IMG/VR virus record: IMGVR_UViG_3300037200_000048
Location: 1-50,041 of that record
Reading direction: 5' to 3' (one strand)
DNA from: a virus
Taxonomy: Duplodnaviria > Caudoviricetes
Length of the DNA stretch: 50,041 bases
The translations under genes and the position numbers were made by a program. Of this stretch, positions 36,087-45,782 are shown in pieces (within the stretch, counting starts at the first letter, position 1; every line of letters begins with the position of its first letter). The notes beneath the pieces were generated by a model. The model was not told the DNA's origin. It searched no databases and saw only the letters and a program-made list of their open reading frames with translations.

Positions 36087-36835
36087 TTGCAATCCAGCAT
36101 CCGATCGATGAGTGCCGGAATAGTAGCTTGTATCCCATCCACCGTGGGATTTAGTTTTTCCAAAGCCCATTCCCCATCAGCGGTCAAAGCTGCGGTCAAA
36201 GCAGCATCAAAAGAACAGCCCCAAGCAACTTCCCCATGAGCAGTCAAAGCAGCGGCCCAAGTAGCTTTAAAACCAGCGTCCCGAAGAGCACTTCCCCCAG
36301 TAGCGGCCCAAGCAGCGACCCCATCAGCCATCCTGGCATCCGCCCAATCATCGTCCCTACCATAGTCCCTAGAAGCGTTCAAAGCAGCGTACACAGCATC
36401 TGACGCGCTATCGTGCGCTTCCTCAATCAGGTTTTTTGTAGATAGGACTTGCGCCAACGACGTAATCTCGGGTAGGGACGATAGCGCATCGGATTGAGAG
36501 GTAAGGCCGCACAACCTCAACCATGCAGGCGTATGGGTTCTTATAAGCCAGTCAGCCGCGATGAGCTCCCGGCGCTCTTCGATGGCGTTATCTCCAGCCG
36601 TACCGATAAGGTGTACGATGTACGGCTTGAGCGTCTGCCTCACCTCGTAGCTCACCGAGTCGTTGTAATGCCGCATGAACGCGCTGATTACGGGCGAGGC
36701 GCATTGGGGGCGATCCGACCAGGTCTCTCCCGCCATCATTGCGACCGCTTCCATGAAGCACATTTCGTGGCTGTAGGGTTCATGCACTCCCTGCTTGAGT
36801 TCCAATGTTTCGAGGTCTAGCGTCTTGATTTCCAT
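36083..36835 (-). CDS. Phage hypothetical protein with CxMEAV...SD.P.C.SPVI domain and degenerate Ala/Trp repeats
   Basis: MCFMEAVAMMAGETWSDRPQCASPVISAF...ND pattern; GGGAGA RBS. Confidence 0.7.
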   Translation of the reverse strand: MEIKTLDLETLELKQGVHEPYSHEMCFMEAVAMMAGETWSDRPQCASPVISAFMRHYNDSVSYEVRQTLKPYIVHLIGTAGDNAIEERRELIAADWLIRTHTPAWLRLCGLTSQSDALSSLPEITSLAQVLSTKNLIEEAHDSASDAVYAALNASRDYGRDDDWADARMADGVAAWAATGGSALRDAGFKATWAAALTAHGEVAWGCSFDAALTAALTADGEWALEKLNPTVDGIQATIPALIDRMLDCK

Positions 36836-36874
36836 TGTGTTCTCCCAATCTCTCGATAGCTCGGTCACGCAATA

Positions 36875-37141
36875 TCATGCTACATCGCCAATCTCTTTGG
36901 CCCAACGATCTAGGCATCCCAAGCAAGTGTATGCGCTTGCCATCTTTCCATCACATCGCGCAGTCTCTCTTACAGCGTAAGAACCGATGGGGATTGGGTG
37001 CGTCTCGCCATTACAGTTTCCGGGGCACGAGTGCATCTTTCTGGTTCTCACTACTTCGGTGGAGTAGAGTTGCACGTCATCTGATCCATCCCAAAAACAA
37101 CCCGCTAGACTGATGTACCGAGATTTTTTCTGTTCGTTCAT
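36875..37141 (-). CDS. Small Cys-rich protein
   Basis: RTRKMHSC..C....IPIG...YTCLGC; ATGA-coupled to TerL. Confidence 0.6.
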   Translation of the reverse strand: MNEQKKSRYISLAGCFWDGSDDVQLYSTEVVRTRKMHSCPGNCNGETHPIPIGSYAVRETARCDGKMASAYTCLGCLDRWAKEIGDVA

Positions 37142-38964
37142 ATTCCCGCCAATCTGTTAGGAGTCTTCTTCCTCTGGTTGTATTTCTCCAGCATCCGCAG
37201 ATGGTCGTTGGAGTTGGAGAGCAGCGCCCCGAACGCTGTAGTGGTGGAGTCTAGAGTCCATGATAGAGCAGCCTGTTCCGCGTTCCCAGCCCGCCCGGTC
37301 AACATGATCTGAGCCGCCGCTAGCTCTTCCGAAGTGAGCATAACATTCCGGCTCTGCTTTCGAGTGCAGACCAGCGGGTGAAACTGCTCTTTCGCAATCC
37401 ACCCCAGCAACCCTGCCATGAACACGTCGTCTTTGCCCACCGCAATGTCCCAGCGAAATCCTTCCATCTGGGCGCTTACCATCTGGCCGACGAACACTTT
37501 GTCCTTCGGTGTTGCCTCTTTGCGATAGAGGCTAGTCCTGAAGATGTTGAACATCATGGCCCGATATCGCGAGGTCGTCTCGAAGCCGAATGCCGTGCCC
37601 GGTTTGCCGTCGAACTTGTCGTCACGGCCCTTCCAGCGGTACTGATTCGGGTAGTGGTGACGGTCGCGCAGGTCTCGCATCACGACATACCCTAGCCCGT
37701 TCAATTCGACATTCAGGCAAGCATTGTTGTAGAACCTGCCAATCAATCCTGCGTACCCAGCCAGTGTCTCAGGGGAGACTCGGCTCATATACCGCGCGGC
37801 CATGTGGCCGGTCTCGGCGTTCCACATCACGATTGCGGCATAGTCGCCGGGCCGTACGTTCTCTGCATCCCCTCTGGCCGTGTCCACTCCGGCAAAGTAA
37901 TGGTGCCCAGGCTGAGGGTACTCCCAGATTTGCAGCATGGACTCGTCCGGGTGGGAAGACGCATGGAACTCAGGCTTGAAGGTCAAAGTGTTCGCCACAA
38001 TCTCCCCGCAATGGATGGGTTTGCACTTGGCGTTCTCGGCAAACTGGATTTCCTCATGCGAGAAGGCTGGCTGACCGGAAGCTACGAACGCCTCATTCGG
38101 AGTGCTGGGGAATTCAGCCCGCCATGAGTCGATAGACGACTCGCACTTCGTAGCAAGGGTCTGGCGAAACCATGCAATACGGTCTTTTCCCAGCTTGACC
38201 CCTGTGCCGGTGATAGGGTCTTGCAGATCGTTCATCAGCCATTTTTCGTAGTCGTCTCGCGGAGCGTCTTCGGCCTCCGAGGGGTCGCGGACGTAGTTGT
38301 CGTCTTGAAACCACGGCAGAAAAATTGGCAGAAATTCGTTTTCCCCATCCACCGCTCCCTGCCAATACTGGTAGTACGCTTCTCCGTCGCCCTCCATGCC
38401 GTTCGCCGTCGTCTCGATCAGACACACGTTGTCGGGATCGCTCGAAAGCGTGTTGAGGATGGCTTTGTACGCCCCTTCGTACGGGTAGAACGCCGCTTCG
38501 GTCATGTGGACGCTGGAGAGCGTCATGCCGCGCTGCCCGTGAACTGTGGCGGCAGTGTAACTCTTGAGGTCGGAAGGCTCCGCCGACTGGTGCGGGTAGT
38601 CGATCTTCTTCGATACGAAGGCGATGTTGGGGTTGATATGTTTCAAGTCTTTGGCCATCGACTTTGCCTGGGCGAAGATAGTGTTTCCCACCTCTACGTT
38701 CTGCGCGATGATGGCAGCGTGAGCATCCGACCGCGAGGCTATATGGGCTATCTGGAAGAGGTTGGCGATGGTTGAAATTCCAAGACGCCGCCCTTTGAGA
38801 AAGATGATGAACGGGCGGCGTTTCCTGGCAATATGGGCCTTGGCCTGCTCAATTACCTGCATCTGCTGGGGGCGCAGACGGAAAGGAATACGCTGGCCGG
38901 AGTCGCGGTCGCGGATCGACAGGCGGGACGCCAGTGTGACTACTCTATCGAGGTCGAGTGGCGT
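37138..38964 (-). CDS. terL: Terminase large subunit; probable ACG start at 38964 (ORF track starts at 38862)
   Basis: LKGRRLGIST Walker A, VHMTEAAFY Walker B, ETTANG coupling motif, FLPW, EFP, GVDTARG, NVELNGLG, KDDVFMA nuclease residues. Confidence 0.93.
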   Translation of the reverse strand, partial: TPLDLDRVVTLASRLSIRDRDSGQRIPFRLRPQQMQVIEQAKAHIARKRRPFIIFLKGRRLGISTIANLFQIAHIASRSDAHAAIIAQNVEVGNTIFAQAKSMAKDLKHINPNIAFVSKKIDYPHQSAEPSDLKSYTAATVHGQRGMTLSSVHMTEAAFYPYEGAYKAILNTLSSDPDNVCLIETTANGMEGDGEAYYQYWQGAVDGENEFLPIFLPWFQDDNYVRDPSEAEDAPRDDYEKWLMNDLQDPITGTGVKLGKDRIAWFRQTLATKCESSIDSWRAEFPSTPNEAFVASGQPAFSHEEIQFAENAKCKPIHCGEIVANTLTFKPEFHASSHPDESMLQIWEYPQPGHHYFAGVDTARGDAENVRPGDYAAIVMWNAETGHMAARYMSRVSPETLAGYAGLIGRFYNNACLNVELNGLGYVVMRDLRDRHHYPNQYRWKGRDDKFDGKPGTAFGFETTSRYRAMMFNIFRTSLYRKEATPKDKVFVGQMVSAQMEGFRWDIAVGKDDVFMAGLLGWIAKEQFHPLVCTRKQSRNVMLTSEELAAAQIMLTGRAGNAEQAALSWTLDSTTTAFGALLSNSNDHLRMLEKYNQRKKTPNRLAGI

Positions 38965-39007
38965 AACAACCTCCTACCGCGATTCCATGATGCGCAGAAA
39001 TCCACGA

Positions 39008-39490
39008 CTACTTGATGTCTCCCGGTATCCCTGCATGTTCCGCTCCGGCAAGTCCCATGCGCTGCTTGTTGCGCTGCTGGACACACGCGATAGAGCACAG
39101 CACCTTGGTCTGGGCTGTCCCGGTAGCAGGGTCTCTCTCAATTACCATCTGGATCGGCTTTCCACCCGGAGGCATTGGCTTCAAACACACCATGCACTTA
39201 TCCTCTTCCGGCTGGAGGCGCTGATTGATCTCCTCCGACGCCATCTGAGAGATGTGGCGGAGCTGGGCCAGTTCTTCAAGCGCCTGCGTTTTGGTCAACT
39301 GCTCCCGGTAACGGAGGCGCAGTGCAGCATCGCGAGTGGCCAGAAACTCGGCAAGAGTCGGCCCTAGCAGGGACACATCGCCATTCGATTCGGCCCGATA
39401 AACAGGGTGGGCCAGAAGGTTGTTCTTACGAGGACGGCCACCTCGGCGGGGCAGAGTTTCAAGATCGTCTACGACTGGCGATATACTCAT
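39008..39490 (-). CDS. Hypothetical protein upstream of TerL (AT-hook-like RRGGRPRK, CxxC/CSxxC); possible small terminase
   Basis: AAGGAG RBS; position. Confidence 0.5.
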   Translation of the reverse strand: MSISPVVDDLETLPRRGGRPRKNNLLAHPVYRAESNGDVSLLGPTLAEFLATRDAALRLRYREQLTKTQALEELAQLRHISQMASEEINQRLQPEEDKCMVCLKPMPPGGKPIQMVIERDPATGTAQTKVLCSIACVQQRNKQRMGLAGAEHAGIPGDIK

Positions 39491-39828
39491 GCGGGTCTCC
39501 TTATGTGGAACTGCTTTTGGTGGGACTTCTTCGACTCTTCAAACTTCCGCCTGCCAGCCATCTCTTCCCGCAACGACGAGTCCATGTCGATACGATTCAT
39601 GCGCGGCGGAGGCGCTTCGAGAAGCCTGTTCTGCGCCGCCATATCTCTGCGGCTCCTGTCCCGCAACCATGCCTTCGTCTTGACTTGAATGGCCTGCACC
39701 TTCAGCACGTCCCGACACGTCTTGCAGTAGAAAACGAAACAGTCTTCCCGCTCCTCCGCGCAAACCATCGTGTTCCGGTTGGCGCCGGGATGGTCCGGGT
39801 TGCGGCACTCAGGCAGTTTTCTTCCCAT
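39487..39828 (-). CDS. Cys-containing hypothetical protein
   Basis: CRNPDH...YCKTC; coupled. Confidence 0.6.
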   Translation of the reverse strand: MGRKLPECRNPDHPGANRNTMVCAEEREDCFVFYCKTCRDVLKVQAIQVKTKAWLRDRSRRDMAAQNRLLEAPPPRMNRIDMDSSLREEMAGRRKFEESKKSHQKQFHIRRPA

Positions 39829-40348
39829 TGAACACTCTCAGGTCTCGGATCGGTTGTACATCGAGATAAGGCTTCAACCCTACCACGCGCGGCATCGTCC
39901 CGCAGTAGGACTCCCGCTTCCACCGCTTCATCTGCTCAAAAGTGGCATCGATGTTGGGCTTTATGCGGTCGAGGTCGGGGACAGGATACTTTGGCTTGCG
40001 GGTTTCTTCCGCATAGGGGAAAAACCCTGTATCGCTTGCCCAAGCCCGGTACAAACTGACCCTCACCGAAGTCTCCTGCTTCAGGAAGTACGTCTTGTAG
40101 GCTTGGCGGGCCTCTTCATAGCAAATAGAACAGACGTTGACTCCGGCGCGAGAGATGAAGGCATACTTGCAACGGGAGCAAATGCGGCAATCGACGTGCA
40201 TCGTAAGCCGCAGACGCCACTTACGAGTGGCAACGGCTCCTCGTGTCATCGAGAGCGGCTTGACGTTCTGCTGGTAATACCTGCACACCCCTCCATAAAG
40301 AACAGTCTTGATGCGGCGGTGAGCGCAATCCGGTCGTCTTCGGGTCAT
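39809..40348 (-). CDS. Cys-rich basic hypothetical protein
   Basis: CSRC...CSIC; ATGA-coupled. Confidence 0.4.
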   Translation of the reverse strand: MTRRRPDCAHRRIKTVLYGGVCRYYQQNVKPLSMTRGAVATRKWRLRLTMHVDCRICSRCKYAFISRAGVNVCSICYEEARQAYKTYFLKQETSVRVSLYRAWASDTGFFPYAEETRKPKYPVPDLDRIKPNIDATFEQMKRWKRESYCGTMPRVVGLKPYLDVQPIRDLRVFNGKKTA

Positions 40349-40863
40349 CTCGCCCCCCACTTCACAATCGAACCCTTCCCATGGCAGACCGGGCAACTCC
40401 CTCCGGCGGCGAGCGTTCCCGACCCGGAACAACGTCCACAGGCCGATGGAGTCCCTGGAGGCCGAGCAGCCCGCTTGCGGCGGACTCGCTCCGGCTCCTC
40501 TACCTTTGGGAACTCGATTGGAGTCCGGTTCTCAGCGTCTATCTTGCGCTGCAATTCCTCAGCCTCTAACTGAGCTTCGTACTCTGCCATCTCAGCCGAG
40601 GGTGGGGCGGCAGGGTCGGGTATCTCAACAGGCATTGCCTTACGAGGTTCAGGGACAGTTTTGTGCCCGTTGCCGAACTTGAACACTTTGGTATCGGTTG
40701 GAGTAATGAGCGTTAGTTTGCGCGCTCCCGCCGTGGCCCCGATAGACTGAATCACCTGCGGAGACCACGCCTTCGCCATAGGTGAATCGGAGAGGCGGAC
40801 GGTGAACTCTCCATCGTCCTCGTACACGGCAAGCATGGGGGACAACTGAACAGGATCGCTCAA
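40345..40863 (-). CDS. Hypothetical protein with C-terminal DnaJ-like CxxCxGxG Zn finger
   Basis: CGRCSGSG...CPVCHGKG. Confidence 0.65.
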   Translation of the reverse strand: MSDPVQLSPMLAVYEDDGEFTVRLSDSPMAKAWSPQVIQSIGATAGARKLTLITPTDTKVFKFGNGHKTVPEPRKAMPVEIPDPAAPPSAEMAEYEAQLEAEELQRKIDAENRTPIEFPKVEEPERVRRKRAARPPGTPSACGRCSGSGTLAAGGSCPVCHGKGSIVKWGAR

Positions 40864-41180
40864 AGCGCCACTACCCTTTCTCCTTCGATCAGGTCAACCC
40901 TGCGAGAAAGCGTTCGCAAGGACTCAAGGGCGCAGTGAAGGCACTCCACATGAGGGCAATGCGCATGAGGGTGGACTTCACAAGGCTCCCTCCCCCCAGC
41001 CTTGCAGACGCAGCGGTCATCCAGGTAGGAGTGGAGGCGGAGCACAGCGTCGGATTTTCCGTCCACGTTGGTGTAGAACTCCTCTCCATCGCTTCGCCTC
41101 CCAAAATACTGCGCGACGATGCCTAACTCAGGTACAGCATGTTCCTCACGAGATGGGCCGTCGATCCAGGTTCTACTCAA
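40860..41180 (-). CDS. Cys/His-rich hypothetical protein
   Basis: Coupled ORF. Confidence 0.5.
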   Translation of the reverse strand: MSRTWIDGPSREEHAVPELGIVAQYFGRRSDGEEFYTNVDGKSDAVLRLHSYLDDRCVCKAGGREPCEVHPHAHCPHVECLHCALESLRTLSRRVDLIEGERVVAL

Positions 41181-41583
41181 AACGGACTCCCTCCGACTTC
41201 ACAAACCCTTCGATGTCGCGGTCGAGGTCGCGCAGTTCCGTTGCCAAGCCTTCGGGATCGTCTGGATACACAATGAACTCATCCGCCGCCTGAGATGCTA
41301 GGGCGACCGACTCTGAGGTAATCTGACCCGCTCCCGGTAACTTGTGCTTTCCGACAGCGACCCCAAACTTCCTACCCTCGGCGTTCTCCCATCCAAGCAC
41401 GTCAGAACAAAGAGTTCTTGAGCCATCAGGCCCATCGAAATTCATCGTTCTCATTTCTCCACGCACAGGCTCTGGGATTCCCTCATAAGCGTACATTCTC
41501 CGCTTGCCTTCTTCCTTCTGCTTCAGGAATTCAGCATCTAGCGATGCTTCTTGCACCATGCGGCCAAATTTATCACTCGCCAT
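41173..41583 (-). CDS. Hypothetical protein
   Basis: GAGGTG RBS. Confidence 0.6.
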   Translation of the reverse strand: MASDKFGRMVQEASLDAEFLKQKEEGKRRMYAYEGIPEPVRGEMRTMNFDGPDGSRTLCSDVLGWENAEGRKFGVAVGKHKLPGAGQITSESVALASQAADEFIVYPDDPEGLATELRDLDRDIEGFVKSEGVRFE

Positions 41584-41872
41584 TATTCACCTCGCTCGTC
41601 CAGCCGTTCAGTTCGACCATAAGCTCGTTGATCCTCCGCATGACGTAATCGACCGCCGCCGGAGTCTTGCACACCAGAGTAGGGGCCGATCCCAGGACTG
41701 CGTAGTACCGAGGCTTCGGCTTGTTCTGCGTCCCTGGAGCGTACATCCCAATGTTGACCCGTATCCGGCACTGCCGCATCGCCCCAAACGCCGCCCGCGC
41801 GACATTGCGATTGTCTTCCATGTCGGAAGGCGATGGGGTACTCATGCTGATAAGGATTTCAGGAGGAGTCAT
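41573..41872 (-). CDS. Hypothetical protein
   Basis: ATGA-coupled. Confidence 0.5.
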   Translation of the reverse strand: MTPPEILISMSTPSPSDMEDNRNVARAAFGAMRQCRIRVNIGMYAPGTQNKPKPRYYAVLGSAPTLVCKTPAAVDYVMRRINELMVELNGWTSEVNNGE

Positions 41873-42138
41873 ACAATCATCTTCGCCTCGAACATGTGCC
41901 ACGAGAGCCGCCAGACCTTCTTCATCGTCCGCCTGTCCCCAACGCACTCCCAGCACTGAATCTCGTCCGTATACCGGGGAGGGTCGGGTAACACGCCTCC
42001 GGAAAAAGCCCCGCTAAACCATTCATCGAAGTCGTCCTCGCTGGGCACTGTCCCCAACTCAACCGGCTTATCGCCCTGCCGTACCAACACAATGCTCCAG
42101 AAGGTAGAGGCGATGGCTTCATGCTCCGAAACTTGCAT
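41869..42138 (-). CDS. Hypothetical protein
   Basis: GGGAGA RBS. Confidence 0.5.
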   Translation of the reverse strand: MQVSEHEAIASTFWSIVLVRQGDKPVELGTVPSEDDFDEWFSGAFSGGVLPDPPRYTDEIQCWECVGDRRTMKKVWRLSWHMFEAKMIV

Positions 42139-42159
42139 CCAATCTCCCAAGGAGTCCTT

Positions 42160-42306
42160 ATGCTCATCTTGCTAATCGTTCTCATCCTGCTCTTCGGATT
42201 CGGCGGCAACTTCTACAACGGAGGAGCCTACCGAGGCACAGGCTTCGGCATCGGTGGACTCCTCGTTGCAGTGATCCTCGTCCTGCTTCTGATGCACCGG
42301 CTCTAG
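42160..42306 (+). CDS. DUF3309-like small Gly-rich membrane protein on the opposite strand
   Basis: MLILLIVLILLFGFGG.FY.GG...G.GIGGLLVAVILVLLL; AAGGAG RBS. Confidence 0.75.
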   Translation: MLILLIVLILLFGFGGNFYNGGAYRGTGFGIGGLLVAVILVLLLMHRL

Positions 42307-42740
42307 ACGCCTTGAGGCTGTCCCCAAACAATCTCCACGTTCGTAGCCGGGTCGGGAACCGCCACCACCGTCAGAACGTCGGTCGCGCTAAGGTTCGTCG
42401 CCGGATCGGTGCAGGTTACGTTCACGGAGCCGACAGCGACCCCGGTAAAAACAACGCCCTCACCCGTCCCCACCACCGAAGCAACGGTCGGGTCGGAAGA
42501 AGTCCAGTTCAACGAACCCGGATCGGAGATGTTGACTGGCTGAGAATTTGCGTCTGTTTCGGTCGCCGTCGCGGTGACGGTCTGGCCCACTTCAATCTGC
42601 ATTGGCATTGTGAATCCCTCATAGTGAATTTGCAGTGCTACCGGCACCTTCATCTGTACCAGCATAAGCCGTAGGATGCCCTTCTGTACCTCAAGGGAAT
42701 GCCTTAGAACTTCGATCAACTCGCGCTCTTCATCCCTCAT
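42303..42740 (-). CDS. Ig-like (Big_2) domain protein
   Basis: IEVGQTVTATAT...WTSSDPTVASV...TGVAVGSVNVT. Confidence 0.8.
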   Translation of the reverse strand: MRDEERELIEVLRHSLEVQKGILRLMLVQMKVPVALQIHYEGFTMPMQIEVGQTVTATATETDANSQPVNISDPGSLNWTSSDPTVASVVGTGEGVVFTGVAVGSVNVTCTDPATNLSATDVLTVVAVPDPATNVEIVWGQPQGV

Positions 42741-42926
42741 TGATCGCTCCTTTGATTGCATCCGCCTCAGCCTGTGTCGGCACTGAGCGCGGTTGAACTA
42801 AACTGCATCCTCGAACGTCTCGATCCCCTCCGGACTTTCTCCATAACGTCTCCGCAACGTCCTGGTCAGCCGACTGCGCGGTATACTCAGAGACACCATA
42901 CGGGTCGCCGTCCTGTGAATAGTCTC

Positions 42927-43139
42927 TCATCGGGAGAGTCCCCCCAAAAGCGTATCGCTGTCGATTGAAGCTGCTCGCAGTTCAGCCTCGAACAGCGCGC
43001 GGTCTTCAGGGTTGGGGATCGCAATGCGAGGGATCGTAGTGAAGACCTCGACCCCTCCTTCGGTCTTGCCCTCCCAAACGAGGTAGCGCTTGCCATAAGC
43101 CTCGACGAAGCGGCTGGTGCTCTCAAGCGTTATCTTCAT
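42927..43139 (-). CDS. Hypothetical protein MKITLEST...VWEGKTEGG
   Basis: ORF in chain. Confidence 0.5.
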   Translation of the reverse strand: MKITLESTSRFVEAYGKRYLVWEGKTEGGVEVFTTIPRIAIPNPEDRALFEAELRAASIDSDTLLGGLSR

Positions 43140-43686
43140 CGGGAGAGGCCCGCACACTGCGCCATCTCAACCCATAGGGTTTTAGGAACGGCCAGACCCT
43201 CCCAAGGCAGGGCCGTTTCAGTATGCAGGCCAACCCAATTCTCCCACATCCGCTCTCCCGCAAGGCTCTCCCACCACCGCCCGCAAGCAGACCGCCGGAA
43301 CCCGTACTGGAGAAACCATTCCATAACCTTCACCTAGATGCCGTCTCCAGTTCCTATTCCCTAACGGAGGAGCCACATAGAAGTTCCCGACCATCTCTAC
43401 CGCAACCCATCCCATGTTCATGCCACTGTTGATTCTCTGGACTATACCGAGCGTCGCAGCAGGGGCATACGTAGACGTGAACCGCTCCAGACCAAGGCAA
43501 AATCTCGACCGGAGTTTCGCCTAGGCACATCTTGCAGATCATGCTCCCTCCCGCTTCACATACACCCGAACCGAACGAAACCGCTTACTCTCCTCAGCAT
43601 GACACACCCGGCAAGTCTGTTGTCCAGGGCGCTTCACACCACGACCGCACCGGCAACCCTCAGTCCGCTTACGCATACTCCCTGCT

Positions 43687-43971
43687 TCATGAGACCGCTT
43701 TATTTGCCATAATCCCCAAGGTGAGAGCTTTCTCCGCTGCGCTCTGCATCCCGAAGTCGAGGGTCGTGACCACCAAACTGCATCCTTCCCTTGCGTTCAA
43801 ACCTATGACGACGCCCCGCACATCGCCATACTCCCCATTCTCAATGCGACGCGCCAGAGACCGCAGCCGCCCAGTGATGTCGTACCGTGTCCCCTGGTCG
43901 ATCCGCCTAAGCCCGCTACGTTTGATCTTCAGCTGCTGCTCTATCGCCTGCTTTGAAAGGATAATACTCAC
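43687..43971 (-). CDS. Hypothetical protein
   Basis: LRSLARRIENGEYG pattern; GGAG upstream. Confidence 0.55.
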   Translation of the reverse strand: MSIILSKQAIEQQLKIKRSGLRRIDQGTRYDITGRLRSLARRIENGEYGDVRGVVIGLNAREGCSLVVTTLDFGMQSAAEKALTLGIMANKAVS

Positions 43972-44210
43972 CCCACAACCCTACTCCAGTTACTAAGAGT
44001 TGTAAACTGCAAAATTTGGAATATTTTGTGGATGGGCAATGTCAGATCGAGCGACCCAACCCCTTGCCTGCGAAGGGTAGGCTCGACCTTTTTGCGTCCG
44101 GTACCCTATCGAGTTGCGGCGATGAGATTGATTGCATGTAGGTCAGGGTAAGATCAGCGCACTGACTCTAGACCCCATGAGGATTCATACGCGCTCCCCT
44201 GGACGGCACG

Positions 44211-44450
44211 TCACGCCGAGCACAGCGAACACTTGCAGCGCGGATGATGGCCCTCAGTCTTAGACTGCATGGAAACGGCTCGGATCAGCGCCTTGGGCAC
44301 GTCAGAAGGTTTGCGAATCACGGCTGGTGCTCCCCCATTCCATCGCCGACTCTTGCACTTGGCGCAGTGCTTTGGCGTAGACGCACCGACGACCAGCCAC
44401 TCGTGGGAGCACTGGTCGCAGTGAGCTACCTGGCGGGTTACGAAGCTCAC
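44211..44450 (-). CDS. Zn-ribbon protein (CDQCSHEW...PKHCAKCKSRRWN)
   Basis: CxxC-xHxW-PxxCxxCxSxxW motif; coupled. Confidence 0.7.
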   Translation of the reverse strand: MSFVTRQVAHCDQCSHEWLVVGASTPKHCAKCKSRRWNGGAPAVIRKPSDVPKALIRAVSMQSKTEGHHPRCKCSLCSA

Positions 44451-44644
44451 AGCGACACCCAGCGATAGCGTTCGCCGGGTGCCCGGTTTGCGCTCGGTGC
44501 GTGGTATGCGACATGGATACCGCCATCAACCAACTTGACTCCGGTGCAATCGGTTACAAAGCGGATCGCCTCTTGCTTGGCAGTGCGTAGGGTGGTTGCG
44601 GTGAGATCGATTTTCTTGCCAGTGTCTAGCTTTGCCTGATACAT
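44447..44644 (-). CDS. Small hypothetical protein
   Basis: GGAGGA RBS; directly downstream of promoter. Confidence 0.6.
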   Translation of the reverse strand: MYQAKLDTGKKIDLTATTLRTAKQEAIRFVTDCTGVKLVDGGIHVAYHAPSANRAPGERYRWVSL

Positions 44645-44665
44645 TGTTGTTTCCTCCATGTATCC

Positions 44666-44694
44666 AACATACACACATGCGTACCCAATGTCAA
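44666..44694 (-). promoter_or_regulatory. sigma70 promoter TTGACA-17-TATGTT
   Basis: tgtcaa 44689-44694; aacata 44666-44671. Confidence 0.7.
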
Positions 44695-45093
44695 CAACTA
44701 TTTGTGCCTATTGTATACAGGTTATGTGTGCGCGTGTCCCGACGGGGGCGGGTCAGGACTCATCATCCATGCTTTTGCCGGACTCTATAGGCGGATTAGG
44801 GAGGAGATTTTTCGCGTGGTCTGTGGCTGGGCATTGTTATAGCAGCCGAGAGTTATGTGCCATTCATATCGTTCGCGCGTAATGCGTCCGCACCGGCCCT
44901 GCTGGTCAACGTGAAACCACCTCTCTCCCGAAGGGTAAAGGAACAATACGATTTGGTCTCCACAACTGCGACAGATTCCGCGCGCATGGGTCATCTATGC
45001 ATCTTACGCGCAGACTGGAGCGCCTCTCGTTTCCGAGGTCATTTCCTGGGAACTCTATTGAATCAAAGGGGAAATCGGCATGGAGTGGTGAAT

Positions 45094-45588
45094 TCATTTC
45101 TCCGACGAGGCGCTTACCTGGTCGCTCTTCATGGCGATCTCCAGATTGCATACAGGATCGGCAGTTGCGATCTGCTTGGCGTCAGGTAGATGCACCTTGA
45201 CTACCTCGTATCCCACAATGGCCGCTAGGATACTATCGAAAGTCCCCTTGTTGAACTTCCCGTCGGGGAGATCGTTCCCGCGAGTGTATTCCTCACCTGC
45301 GCGCGGTTTGCGAGAACTAGCGATGCAGCCGAGGTAAGATTTGTCCTCGCCGACATGCTTCTCTGCCGTGATTCTATATCTGTTATTTTCGGTGTAGATT
45401 CGCAGACTGACTCGCTCTTTCTCTGCGGTCAACTCCTGACCCAATATCTGCACGTCTCGCGTCCAGATCAGGTAGGGGATGTCTAACCACTTCTGCAACT
45501 GTTCCATGACCATAACGGCCTCCCTTGGTGAATCGGTTTTAGTGTACACCATCTCCCATTTCCCTGTGGATAATGCATGTGTGTTCAT
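45094..45588 (-). CDS. Phage hypothetical protein (YLGCIASSRKPRAGE...GNDLPDG)
   Basis: Motif-like ORF; coupled. Confidence 0.65.
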   Translation of the reverse strand: MNTHALSTGKWEMVYTKTDSPREAVMVMEQLQKWLDIPYLIWTRDVQILGQELTAEKERVSLRIYTENNRYRITAEKHVGEDKSYLGCIASSRKPRAGEEYTRGNDLPDGKFNKGTFDSILAAIVGYEVVKVHLPDAKQIATADPVCNLEIAMKSDQVSASSEK

Positions 45589-45782
45589 CTCGATTCCACT
45601 AGTCTAGTGGCAAAAAGATCGCAATCCACAAGATCATCGGGCGGAAACTCGAACATTTCAACGCGGGCGGCGAGTTTCCGGTGCTTATTGGTTCGGACTC
45701 GGCCACGCATGTCGATAGAGCTTCCCACGTAGAGGCACTCGCCAGACACACCCCAAAACACGTAGATTCCAGAGATTCTCAT
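45585..45782 (-). pseudogene. Short/truncated GIY-YIG nuclease
   Basis: SGIYVF.....CLYVGSSIDMRGR; ends before the conserved Glu/Asn of the fold. Confidence 0.6.

Noticed and set aside
32787-38990. Genome-wide amber (TAG) recoding
   Set aside because: Long structural genes are intact under code 11, many genes end in TAG, no suppressor tRNA is seen, and the micropeptide ORFs are not in frame across their TAGs
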